NCBI RefSeq assembly: GCF_006345805.1
Contig: NC_043009.1
Location: 51,088,001 to 51,152,000 of the forward strand
Direction of reading: 5' to 3'
DNA from: Octopus sinensis
Lineage: Eukaryota
Length of the DNA: 64,000 nt
The notes under the pieces are model-generated. The model was not told the DNA's origin. It made no database searches and saw nothing but the letters and a program-made list of their open reading frames with translations. Positions 1 through 13,788 of the stretch are shown piece by piece. Numbering within the stretch: the stretch's first letter is position 1; every line of letters starts with the position of its first letter. The translations under genes were made by a program, and so were the position numbers.

Positions 1-174
1 GCATTCATGATTGAAAGGAATCTTTATCCTATATATATATATAAGGAAATGGATTATCTGCGAAAATATAATCCTCCTTTTAAGTAGTAGACGCATAACT
101 CAGCGGTTAGAGTGTTGGGCTCACAACCATGAGATACTGAGTTCAATTCCTGAACCGGGCTGTGTATTATGTTC

Positions 175-382
175 ATTATATACATTATTTAGATTATTTA
201 CATTTGACGGGTATTTGTCCACAACGTTCGAAATTTCCCCAAGACACCTGATGAAGGCTAGAGGGTATATCAGCCGAAACGTTGTGTTAACAACAAACAA
301 GATGAGGACAAATATCCGTCAAATGTAAATAATATAAATAACGTGCATAATGTACATAATTCCTCATCTCTTAAATATAGAA
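175..382 (+). mobile_element. Small non-autonomous retroelement insertion (PLE/retrozyme-like) with 15-bp TSD
   Basis: Flanked by the direct repeat ctgtgtattatgttc (160-174) / ctgtgtattatattc (383-397). Inverted arms 175-220 and 306-351 (~41/46 match). Hammerhead core in the middle. Confidence 0.7.
243..288 (+). ncRNA. Minimal type I hammerhead ribozyme motif
   Basis: gacac-CTGATGA-A-ggct(..)agcc-GAAA-CGT-T-gtgtt: helix I gacac/gtgtt, intact core, helix II ggct/agcc, palindromic ACGU helix III. Confidence 0.7.
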
Positions 383-509
383 CTGTGTATTATATTCTTG
401 AGCAAAACTCTTTATTTCACCTTGCTCCAGTTCACTCAGCTGTAGAAATGAGTTGCGACGTCATTGGTGTCAAGTTGTATCGGCCTTTGCCTTTCCTTTG
501 GATAGCATC

Positions 510-1742
510 GGTGGCGGGGAGAGGCGAGGCTAGTATGCATGGGTGGCGGGGAGAGGCGAGGCTAGTATGCATGGGTGGCGGGGAGAGGCGAGGCTAGTAT
601 GCATGGGTGGCGGGGAGAGGCGAGGCTAGTATGCATGGGTGGCGGGGAGAGGCGAGGCTATAGGTAGTATGCATGGGTGGCGGGGAGAGGCGAGGCGAGG
701 CTAGTATGCATGGGTTGGCGGGGAGAGGCGAGGCTAGTATGCATGGGTGGCGTGAGAGGCGAGGCTAGTATGCATGGGTGGCGGGGAGGCGGGTAGTATG
801 CATGGGTGGCGTGGAGAGGCGAGGCTAGTATGCATGGTGTGGCCGGGGAGAGGCTCGGGCTAGTATGCATGGGTGGCGGGGAGAGGCGAGGCTAGTATGC
901 ATGGGTGGCGGGGAGAGGCGAGGCTAGTATTGCATGGGTGCGGGGAAGGCGAGGCTGTAGGCAGGGGGCGGGGAGAGGCGAGGCTATATCATGGTGGCGG
1001 GGAGAGGCGAGGCTAGTATGCATGGGTGGCGGGGAGAGGCGAGGCTAGTATGCATGGGTGGCGGGGAAGGCGAGGCTAGTATGCGGGTGCGTGGAGAGGC
1101 GAGGCTAGTATGCATGGGTGGCGAGAGCTAGGCTATATGCATGGGTGGCGTGGAGAGGCGTAGTATGCATTGTGCAAGGCGTAGTATGCATGGGTGGCGT
1201 GAGAGGCGAGGCTATTATCATGGCACGAGGCTAGTATTCATGGGTGGCGGGGAGAGGCGAGGCTAGTATGGCATGGCGGGGAGAGCGAGGCTATATGGGT
1301 GGCGGGGAGAGGCGAGGCTAGTATGCATGGGTGGCTGGCGAGGTAGTATGCATGGGTGAGAGGCGAGGCTAGTATGTGGGTGGGGGGATCGCTAGTATGC
1401 ATGGTGGCGGGGAGAGGCGTTTGCATGGGTGGCGGGATGGAGGCTAGTATGCATGGTGGCGTGAGAGGCGAGGCTAGTATGCATGGGTGGCGGGGAGAGG
1501 CGAGCTAGTAATGCATGGGTGGCGGAGAGGAGGCTAGTATGCATGGGTGGCGGGGAGAGGCGAGGCTAGTATGCATGGGTGGCGGGGAAGAGGGAGGCTA
1601 GTATGCATGGGTGGCGGGGAGAGGCGAGGCTAGTATGCATGGGTGGCGGGGAGAGGCGAGGCTAGTATGCATGGGTGGCGGGGAGAGGCGAGGCTAGTAT
1701 GCATGGGTGGCGGGGAGAGGTGAGGCTAGTATGCATGGGTGG
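510..1742 (+). repeat. 32-bp GC-rich minisatellite (~38 units; ggcgaggctagtatgcatgggtggcggggaga)
   Basis: Period of 32 measured at 521/553/585. Edges homogeneous, middle indel-rich. Confidence 0.97.
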
Positions 1743-1839
1743 CTGCTGGTCTTCTATAAAACAACATTTGTTGGGCTTGTGCTTTGGAGGGTAACTTTCT
1801 AGGTGCAATCCCATAGTTATTCATGTCAGAAGAGGTTCT

Positions 1840-2232
1840 TTGCCCTTTATCCTATGTACATATATAATGGTGTGAAGACGGGAGGCTGTTATGCATGAGC
1901 GACTTGCTGGTCTTCCATAAAACAACCTTGCATGGACTTGTGCCTCGGAGGGTAACTTTCTATGTGCAGTCCCATGGTCATTCATGACCAAAGAGAGGCT
2001 GTTAACTTTTTATAAATATATCAACGAAACTCGGGGTTTTTTGCCCTTTACCCTATGTACATATATAATGATGTGAAGACGGGAGGCTGGTATGCATGAG
2101 TGACTTGCTGGTCTTCCATAAAACAACCTTGTATGGACTTGTGCCTCGGAGGGTAACTTTCTATGTGCAGTCCTATGGTCATTCATGACCAAATAGAGGC
2201 TGTTACCTTTTATAAATATATCAAAGAAACTC
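1840..2232 (+). repeat. Tandem duplication, ~201-bp unit containing the SINE family C 3' part
   Basis: cctatgtacatatataat recurs at 1851 and 2052; the two units are near-identical. Confidence 0.9.
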
Positions 2233-2392
2233 TATATTTTCTGTGTATCTGTTATCGTAAGTTATTGTCAATGAACTCGACAATGATTTGATATAACGGG
2301 AAGCTTTATGAAAATAGACAAAAGACGAAGGCAGGTGGAATACAAACAAACAATTGTATTAATATGGCGCTCAGGAATATAAATAAAACAAG

Positions 2393-2430
2393 TCTTTTAC
2401 GTTTCGAGCCTACGCTCTTCAACAGAAAGA
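2393..2430 (-). ncRNA. Hammerhead-like motif (core variant CUGUUGA) in a PLE-tail-like repeat
   Basis: Minus strand tcttt-CTGTTGA-A-gagc(gtag)gctc-GAAA-CGT-A-aaaga; helices I and II are perfect, A6 is changed to U. Confidence 0.5.
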
Positions 2431-2739
2431 TACACAGAAAAGAAACACAGAAAGAAACAAGGAGAGAAAAAAAATACGTGCAGAGGCTAGCGAATCAACA
2501 TGGCGATTCAGACGGTGCAGTAAAGTTAATAGTGATGATGTTCGTGAAAGGGGTGGTACTAGCTGTGAATGTGTTAGTAGACAGTGATAATAATTTTAAT
2601 TATATTAGTGATGCTAGTTAAGTAGATACTGATAATGATTTTAATATTAGCAAATTAGTTATCGGATAGTGATGATAATTCTTATGATATTAGTAAAGAT
2701 AAAAGAGATTCATAATTTTCTACGAACATTACTGTTAAT

Positions 2740-3002
2740 AATGGAAGTTATGATGTTGTTTGTGGTGGTTGTAGTAGTAGTGGTGGTGGTGGTGGAAATG
2801 GAATCGTGGCGATGGTGGTGAATGTATTCTTGGGGTTAATGATGGTATTAAGATTGTTACTACTAATAACTGTACCCATAACGACGTTAAGCTCAACAGC
2901 ATTATCAAGGGCAAATGTCAACAATAATATGACTAAAAGTAATGAGACTAAATAAGTAATAATCATATTACTCAAGAGTATCGATATTGGTGATTAGAGT
3001 TA

Positions 3003-3087
<85 letters not shown>

Positions 3088-3440
3088 GTAGTAGTAGTAA
3101 TAATAATAATGATGATGATGATGATGATAAAAATGATGATGATGATGATGATATAATAATCTTCATAATAGATTAATGGTTTAAGCAGTATTTGATTGGG
3201 TTGATAATAGTGCCAATGATGTTGAAAATGTTGGAGATGATAATGACCACGACAACGACAAAGATGATTATGATGATGATAATGATGACGATGATGATGA
3301 TGATGATGCTTTTGTTGTTGTTGGTGGTGGTGGTGATGGTGGTGGTGGTGGTGATGGTGGTGGTGGTGGTGGTGGTGAATGTGGTGTTGATTGTAGTGGT
3401 GGTGGTGTTACAATCAACTATGATTGCTGGTGTCGTGTAA
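2740..3440. repeat. Trinucleotide microsatellite mosaic (GGT, TAA, GAT)n
   Basis: Direct reading; source of the poly-L/S/M/V ORFs. Confidence 0.95.
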
Positions 3441-3697
3441 ACTATGCCATTAGTCGTCTTTACACATCACTGCACATTGGTATACTTTCGAATGGTGCCC
3501 TGTATATTCTATTCCGTATAATAAAGTCACACTATAATCTTCAATAGTTTGCTGGAAATGTTACGTTACTAGATCCTGGAATGGTCTCTAATTTAGGAAA
3601 ATCCAGTAAACCGCGTGTCAACAAATTTTTACTTCTCCAGAATTTTTTTTTTTGTGTGTGTAATGCTCTGTTTCTACATAGAGTATTTGTATTGTTT

Positions 3698-4304
3698 CTT
3701 ATTTCTTTACTACCCACAAGGGGCTAAACACAGAGGGGACAAACAAGGACAGACAAAGGAATTAAGTCGATTACATCGACCCCTGTGCATAACTGGTGCT
3801 TTATTTATCGACCCCGAAAAGATGAAAGGCAAAGTCGACCTCGGTGGAATTTGAACTCAGAACGTAACGGCAGACACAATACATATTTCTATTTTTTTAC
3901 TGCCCACAAGGGGCTAAACACAGAGGGGACGAACAAGGACAGACAAACGGATTATGTCGATTATATCGACCCCAATGCGTAACTGTTACTTATTTAATCG
4001 ACCCTGAAAGGATGAAAGGCAAAGTCGACCTTGGCGGAATTTGAACTCAGAACGTAACGCAGACGCAATACCTATTTCTTTATTACCCACAAGGGGCTAA
4101 ACACAGAGGGGACAAACAAGGACAGACATAGGTATTAAGTCGATTACATCAACCCCAGTGCGTAACTGTACTTATTTAATCGACCCCGAAAGGATGAAAG
4201 GCAAAGTCGACCTCGGCAGAATTTGAACTCAGAACGTAGCGGCAGACGTAATACCGCTAAGCATTTCGCCCGGCATGCTAACGTTTCTACTAGCTCGCTG
4301 CCTT
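3698..4304 (-). mobile_element. SINE family B, head plus three tandem ~185-bp body units
   Basis: cccacaag recurs at 3713, 3903 and 4086; single tRNA-like head at 4230-4304. Confidence 0.9.
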
Positions 4305-4770
4305 CATTTGTATCGTATTTGTATGTGTATTATTTCTTCTAAGCACGCTTTACGTTGTGTGCTTCCATCACCATTTATGATACGTCTCTAGTTAAAGATC
4401 TTCCACTGCCGAATATATTTCATGTTAGTTACTGTTAATCTCCAGAGGTGGCTTAATAAATAATGTCACCGTGTTCTTATTAAGGTGTTAGATGTATCTG
4501 CACTTGAAATCATTTGCAGATAGTTTTATATATGACTTATATACTGAAATTTATGTCCACTTTAGATTAATAAACCACATTGTTTTCAGCTATTTGGAGT
4601 TAATGGAACAATTGACGAAGTTCAAACAGTTACATCCAAACCAAAATGCTGACTCCTTGTGCGTAATTAAGTGGTTTAATATTATTAATTTATCTACATA
4701 TTTGAGCTAAATTAGAGGATTCTGAGATCTGTGCGATATTGAGTGTGGTGAACTAACATTGTTTAACAGT

Positions 4771-4940
4771 ATAGGCGCAGGAGTGGCTGTGTAGTAAGTA
4801 GCTTGTTTACCAACCACATGGTTCCAGGTTCAGTCCCACTGCGTGGCACCTTGGGCAAGTGTCTTCTACTATATCCTCGGGCCGACCAAAGCCTTGTGAT
4901 TGGATTTGGTAGACGGAAACTGAAAGAAGCCCGTCGTATG

Positions 4941-4971
<31 letters not shown>

Positions 4972-5200
4972 GCGTGTGTGTGTTTGTGTGTCTGTGTTTG
5001 TCCCCCTAGCATTGCTTGACAACCGATGCTGGTGTGTTTATGTCCCCGTTACTTACCAGTTCGGCAAAAGAGACTGATAGAATAAGTACTGGGCTTACAA
5101 AGAATAAGTCCCGGGGTCGAGTTGCTCGATTAAAGGCGGTGCTCCGGCATGGCCGCAGTCAAATGACTGAAACAAGTAAAAGAGTAAAAGAGTAAAGAGT
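4771..5200 (+). mobile_element. tRNA-derived SINE family A, full length, with internal (TA/TG)n
   Basis: ataggcgcaggagtggctgtgtggtaag head, gttcagtccc B-box-like motif, (gagtaaaa)n tail; matches the other copies in the window. Confidence 0.92.
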
Positions 5201-5429
5201 ATTTCTGTTAAAATTTTTAGCGTACTTACGCCCCACTTCCTCGTGAGAGGCGTTAATCTAATAATAAAAGAGGCTACCTGCATGTTTTATGGTGAATTAA
5301 ACCAAGTTATAACCCTATGTCTAAGTTCCTTCATTTTTTCCCCTTTTGTTTGGTTATTCACCTCCTTGATATAGGAGATTACTTCCGGTGGTTTACATTG
5401 GACAAGGACTTCCTTCATTCGTCACCGTA

Positions 5430-7390
<1,961 letters not shown>

Positions 7391-7489
7391 ACTACAGTTT
7401 GGCACAAACGGGATGGAAAAAATGAAGGTATGAAAGACACTCGCATACACGTGCAAGCGCGCGTGCAAGCATACGCATGCTCAGGTAAG

Positions 7490-7544
7490 CACGCAAATAC
7501 ACACAAACACACGCGCGCACACACACATACACACACACACATGC

Positions 7545-7591
<47 letters not shown>

Positions 7592-8009
7592 AACCTGCAG
7601 ACACATGAATATTAGTGTGGGTGTACATATAAAATATAACAGAACTCAATACAACAAAGTAGAGACTGTCTACATATATATATATATATATATATATATG
7701 TATACATACGTATATACATACACATATATATATATTATACACACATAAACACATATATATATATGCATGTGAATATATACGAATTCTTAAATACACGAGA
7801 ATATAAATGCATACATATGTACGAGTAAATATTTCAATTTATATATAAGTATATATGTATGCATGTAAGTATGTATGTATATGTATATATAGGTAAATGT
7901 GTGTATATATTCACTCATATATGTGTAAATGCACGTAAGTACTATATAGATGTAAGTAGACATACTTACAGACATACACGCACGCACATATGTACGTATA
8001 TATATGTAC

Positions 8010-8052
<43 letters not shown>

Positions 8053-8165
8053 GGTATGAAATCAAATACATATATGTAACTATATCAATACACATACTGA
8101 CATGCATACACACACACGTACGTGTGCGTGTGTTTTTGCGCGCGCGTGTATGTGTGTGATTGCGC
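7490..8165. repeat. (CA)n/(TA)n/(TATG)n microsatellite complex
   Basis: Direct reading. Confidence 0.9.
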
Positions 8166-9299
8166 GTGCGTGCTGGATCGATTGCGGAGAGACGTGGCAG
8201 CTATACAATTGTACTTTCGTAATGGCTGTTTTGTGAATGTGATAACCACACAGTTATTGGATAATCTTTATCGTGTTATACTGATAACTTTATTGAGCTA
8301 TTATTCCGATACCGTTATTGACATATCGCAATATCCCATGGGCAGTGGCAGTGTAGATGTTGCTTGCTGTGATGATGGTGCCGGTGTACGCTGTTCGTGT
8401 TGGAGATGTTTTTCTCCTTGTACTCTCACGGTTTGTACGCCATCTTTTATACAGCGCTTTTCCTTTTTTACAGCGGACATTTTGTGTAACGATTTCTCGC
8501 TATTGCTGTTTGTTCCTGTTTCTTGTTGCAACTGCTGTTGTTGTTGTTGTTGTAGTTGTTATTGCAAATCGTTGTGGCGCGCTGAACTGCTGAAGTTTTT
8601 TACTTATTATTTATAATTTTTTTTCGTCTTCGTTATTATTTTAACTGCAGTTGTTGTTGTTGTTCCTGTTGCTGTTATTCCTTTTCCATGCTATTGTTTT
8701 TGTTGTACGTGTTGCTGTTTCTGTTGTGGTTGTTTGCATTATTGTTATTTACTGTTATTGTTATTCTTGTAGTCGCAGTTATCGGTGTTATTGATGTTTG
8801 TTGCTATCGGTATAATGGATATTCTTATTATTGTTGGTCATGTCGTTGTTGCTGTTGTTTTCGTCGTTGCTGTTGAGTAACCTCGGATTAACCCCGATCG
8901 AAATCTAGTTTTACTACCCGAGTTTTCTTGTTCATTTTGCCGTCGTTCTTTACATCCCTATTTTTTTTTTGGTTGCTATAGATATTGTTTCTATACACTT
9001 TTTTTAATTGTTCTTAACAGAATAGCTGTTTTCTTCGTTGTTATTGTTGTAAACAGAGTTCATACTCTCCTTACTGAAACTTGTTGAAGGCTTTTTTGTT
9101 CGCATCTTTATTATAGTTGTTGTTGTTGCTATAGCAAATACTGTTCAGTCAGAAGGTAGAGGCATTGCCAAAGGGGTTTTGCAATCTCTCTCAGATTGTG
9201 ACGTTGATTCAATTGAGGGCCTGCTGGAACATCCTTGAGCCAAGGTTTTCAAGATAAGCATATAATGGAAGAGAATGTTGGGTAGAAGGGATGAGCTAC

Positions 9300-9750
9300 G
9301 GTGGGTGTTTCAACTGGATCAAAAAGGTGTAGAAACTCAGTCTGATTATGCGTGTATCAAATATACTCTCCTAAGTGGCTGTTTTGGATGGTCTGTGGTA
9401 AAGCTTGTATGCAACCAAGCTCTGTATTTGAATATACTAACAGCAGTGGGTGCTACATCGGCACTTCAATCTAGCGTTGTACATTTGAATAAAAAAAAAT
9501 CATTTCCACATACATCATTCACCGATCAAGAAAACGCAGATAAATGCTGAAAGATCTGGGACAACTCACTTGCAAACGGAGCTGCAGACCACATTGTTGG
9601 AAACATGCGAAAAAAAATCGAGTCCATCCTTCCATTAGACAAGACCTTTTCGCTAAACTAGCCCATATTTTGGGGCCTGGCACAATGCAAAAGCTTACAT
9701 CACATCCTTCTTGTCAATACCTAGCTTTAGCTCAACTAGATTCCTAACGA
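9300..9750 (+). pseudogene. Possible heavily decayed Tc1-type transposase C-terminal region
   Basis: Consecutive ORFs read GCFGWSVVKLV..YLNIL, FTDQENA (cf. FQQDNA) and HCWKHAKK..QDLFAKL..TMQKL (cf. NPIEHLW..LK..TIQKL). No TIRs seen. Confidence 0.4.
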
Positions 9751-10086
9751 AATATACTATATGCGACATAATTTAAAATCCCCTTCCATGCAACTAGAAA
9801 CTACTACGAATCTAAACCTGCCCACCTGTTCTTCTCAGCCTTTGATAAAGAATGATTTCACCTGATTAGCATACGTTAAAGGTATGGCAATTTTTTTGAA
9901 ATATATAATTTATCAATAGCTAGATTACCTTAACAATGATAAATCTCAGAGACGATAGATTACCTTAATTTTCACATAATACGCGCACACACACACATAC
10001 GCATATTCGTACACACACATACACACACAAACACAACCTACCTACATATCTATCTATTTATCAAAATATGTCTGTGCATGTGTGTG

Positions 10087-10135
<49 letters not shown>

Positions 10136-10564
10136 CTACACACACACACACGGACGCATATATCCACTCTCACACGTTCTCCTTCCTCTCTCTCTAACTG
10201 TATACATATATATATGTTTTTTTGTGTCCACATACTACGGGGCTTCTGCACCTGCCAGCAACCAAAATATCAGTCACAACTTATCGGTGATCACCCGACT
10301 GTGCTAGAATACGTTTGACCAATATGCCGAACAGAGTAATCGAAGCAAGAAGTACATGGACTCTAAACGAACTTTGTTAAAGCCCAACAATTTCTGCGTG
10401 TGTGCGGGCCGAACGTTTCAGTTGCTTATCGTCTTGAATGGAGTGATGCTGGAATCTAAGACTATTGCCGCCGTTCATTAATCTAAAATTTTCGTGAATC
10501 TTACTCTTATTCGAATTATCTTCATCACACCACCACCACCACCACCACTGCCGGCTCCCCACAC

Positions 10565-10876
10565 TCTATCAGCAATAACTGGCACTCCGTCGGATTCGAC
10601 GACGAGTACTCCAGTTAATCCGATCAACGGAACGGTCTTCTAGTGAAATTAACATGAAAATCGCTAAAGCAACCACAATAACGTTTAGTCTTAAGTTTGT
10701 TCTCACAGAATATGACAAGGTCGACCCTTTTGAAATACAGGTAATACTCATTTCTGCCAGATGAATGGATTGGAGCAACGTGAAATAAAGTGTTTTGCTT
10801 AAGGACAAAACGCGTTGCCAGGAATTGAACTCACGACCTTACAATCGTGAGCCGAATGTCCTAACTACTAAGCCAC
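10565..10876 (-). mobile_element. tRNA-derived SINE family D
   Basis: Reverse complement begins gtggcttagtagttagg..gagttcaattcctgg (A and B boxes); shares cacgttgctcca with the family C core. Confidence 0.8.
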
Positions 10877-10879
10877 AAT

Positions 10880-11392
10880 AACAATAGCAACCATCGACGC
10901 ATTGACGCCACCACCAACATCACCACGATCCACCACCACCACCATCATTACCACCACCACTATCATTACCACCACCACCACCACCACCACCACCATCACC
11001 ACCACCACCACCACCATCACCACCACCACCACCACCACCACCACCAAACATTATCATCATTCTCACCAGCATCACAACGAAAACAACGATGACTACCATC
11101 CTCACCCACCCCACCCCACCCCACCCCACCCCACCCCACCCCACACCATTATCGTTACCATCCACATCATCACCGTCACCACCATCACCTCCATCACCAC
11201 AACGATGACGGTGACACCAAAAGCGCCACCATCACTACAACAATCACCATCGTCGTTAGCATCTTCATTGCTGTCATCATCATCATCATTATCATTATCC
11301 CCCCACAAACCATCACCATCACCACCATCACCATCATCACAACCTTCTCCTCTGTCATCATCATTATCATCAACATCAACATCATCATCGAC
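10880..11392. repeat. (CAC/CAT/CCCCA)n low-complexity tract
   Basis: Direct reading. Confidence 0.9.
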
Positions 11393-11445
11393 CGAAACGT
11401 TTGTACTGTTTGTCGTATTACACAAATTAATTATTCATGAGCGAC

Positions 11446-11459
11446 TCGCCAGAGGGCGC
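11446..11459 (+). promoter_or_regulatory. CTCF-like motif TCGCCAGAGGGCGC in a small CpG-rich island
   Basis: 13/14 match to CCGCCAGRGGGCGC; followed by AAG|GTAAGG, a donor-like site at 11479/11480. Confidence 0.45.
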
Positions 11460-11652
11460 TGATTGCGCGCGATTTGAAGGTAAGGGGAGTTTGACTGTTG
11501 GCCTCGGAAGGCAGTCGCGTAGATATGTAGATAGGTGTATATATTGTATATGTATGTATGTTGGGCGGGAGACTTTTGTTTATATTAGAATTGGGAGGTG
11601 CTTGTGTTAGAGCAAGCTATAATGTACGTCTCTGCATGTGTATGAAACTTAA

Positions 11653-12175
<523 letters not shown>

Positions 12176-12320
12176 CGTGTATCCATTTGTATGTATCTGG
12201 TGTTGTCGATCAACTTATAAAAAAATCTAAAAGCATTTAAAAGTCAAGGAGTCCATGCACTCTGTAGAGTCAACTTTAACATCGGATAAGAATTGCCGCT
12301 TAGGCGAATCTTGGAACCTC

Positions 12321-12353
<33 letters not shown>

Positions 12354-12354
<1 letters not shown>

Positions 12355-12690
12355 TGCATGGCTCAGCGATCACAGCGTCGGGCTCACAATCATGAGGTAG
12401 TGAGTCCGATTCCCAGACCGGGCTGTGTTGTGTTCTTGAGCAAGATACTTTATTTCTTGTTGCTTCAGTTCACTCAGCTGTAGAAATGAGTTGCGACGTC
12501 ATAGGTGCCAAGTTGTATCAACCTTTGCTTTTCCCTTCGATAACATCAGTGGCATGGAGAGTGGGGCATGCATGGGTAACTGCTGATCTTCGATAAAGAC
12601 CTTCGCCCGAACTTTTGCCACGGAGGGGAACTTTCTAGGTGCAATCCCACGGTCATTCATGAACGAAAGGGATCTTTACCTATACACTTT
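12354..12690 (+). mobile_element. SINE family C, uninterrupted copy
   Basis: tggctcagcgat..gagtccgattccc head; body colinear with 90-1850. Confidence 0.85.
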
Positions 12691-12944
12691 TTTTTACACA
12701 AACATGATTTACCGATATGATTGTAAATGTGTTTGAAAGTTGTGGTTTCTTCAGTATGTTTGTTCCCAAACAACACCTATTTTAGTGACGCTGACACCGC
12801 CGCATTGAATGGTACTACCCAGATGTCGAAACCGTATTGATATCCGTGAGACAGCTGATGATGGAGGCATGTTGGATTGTTAGTATGGCTGTTTTTGCTT
12901 ATGTGGAATAGTAATGTAACACATCCTTTTGATATAAATATGTG

Positions 12945-13195
12945 TGTGTTTGTGTGTGTGAGTGTGTGTGTGTGCTTATGTGTCTATGCGTGTGTGTGTT
13001 TGTTCCCTCCCTTGACAACCAATGCTGGTGTGTTTACGTCCACGTAACTCAGCGGTTCGGCAAAAGAGACCGAGAGAATAAGTACTAGGCTGACAAAGAA
13101 TATGTCCTGGGGTCGATTTGTTTGACTAAAGGCGGTGCTCCAGCATGACCGCAGTCAAATGACTGAAACAAGAAAAAGAATAAAATAATAAAAGA
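12945..13195 (+). mobile_element. SINE family A, 3' half
   Basis: ttgacaaccaatgctggtg..cggcaaaagagaccg..gcagtcaaatgactgaaac. Confidence 0.85.
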
Positions 13196-13227
<32 letters not shown>

Positions 13228-13635
13228 TAATATATATATCTTGAATACATTGTCCAGTGGCGTTATCTAGACATCACATACCGTATAAAATCTTACTGGC
13301 AACAACCCTTGGACTGCGGCCATGCGGGGTAACCGACTGCATAGCGGTTTAGTAAATTATTTTAGTCTGTTATTTGCAGTCAATTATTTTATAGCCATTT
13401 ATGTTATGATCAATTATTTGTATCGAACTCAGTAATTGATTTGATTCGCATTTTATCGATTTCTACTTACCGATTGTTCGCTTCATTTATTTTCGTTGAT
13501 TTATTTTTTGAGAGCTGCCCCTGATTATTGGCGCATATTTATTGCCTCTCGTGCACGTGGATATCCTTACACCCACCACCAAATACTCCCGTATTTCGTA
13601 CACACACATGTATATATATATATATATACATATAC

Positions 13636-13683
<48 letters not shown>

Positions 13684-13700
13684 TATACATATACATATAC

Positions 13701-13788
<88 letters not shown>

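Larger units (their letters stand above)
90..1850 (+). mobile_element. tRNA-derived SINE (family C), interrupted by a 208-bp insertion and an internal minisatellite expansion
   Basis: Pol III A-box-like TAACTCAGCGG (~96) and B-box GTTCAATTCC (~141). Body at 383-510 and 3' part at 1743-1850 are colinear with the uninterrupted copies at 12354-12690 and 20895-21240. Confidence 0.85.

Noticed and set aside
510-1742. CRISPR-like array or repetitive protein ORFs (658-870, 1238-1426)
   Set aside because: Contiguous 32-bp units with no unique spacers, no cas genes and a eukaryotic context; the ORFs are by-products of the repeat.
8122-8616. 164-aa plus-strand ORF with Cys-rich middle (and overlapping 76-aa minus ORF)
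   Set aside because: Begins in (TG)n and ends in (GTT)n; no recognisable domain or splice sites, so a chance ORF is plausible. RNA-seq would be needed to revive it.
12820-12870. GAAAC followed by CTGATGA (possible type II hammerhead)
   Set aside because: Helices II and III cannot be paired.
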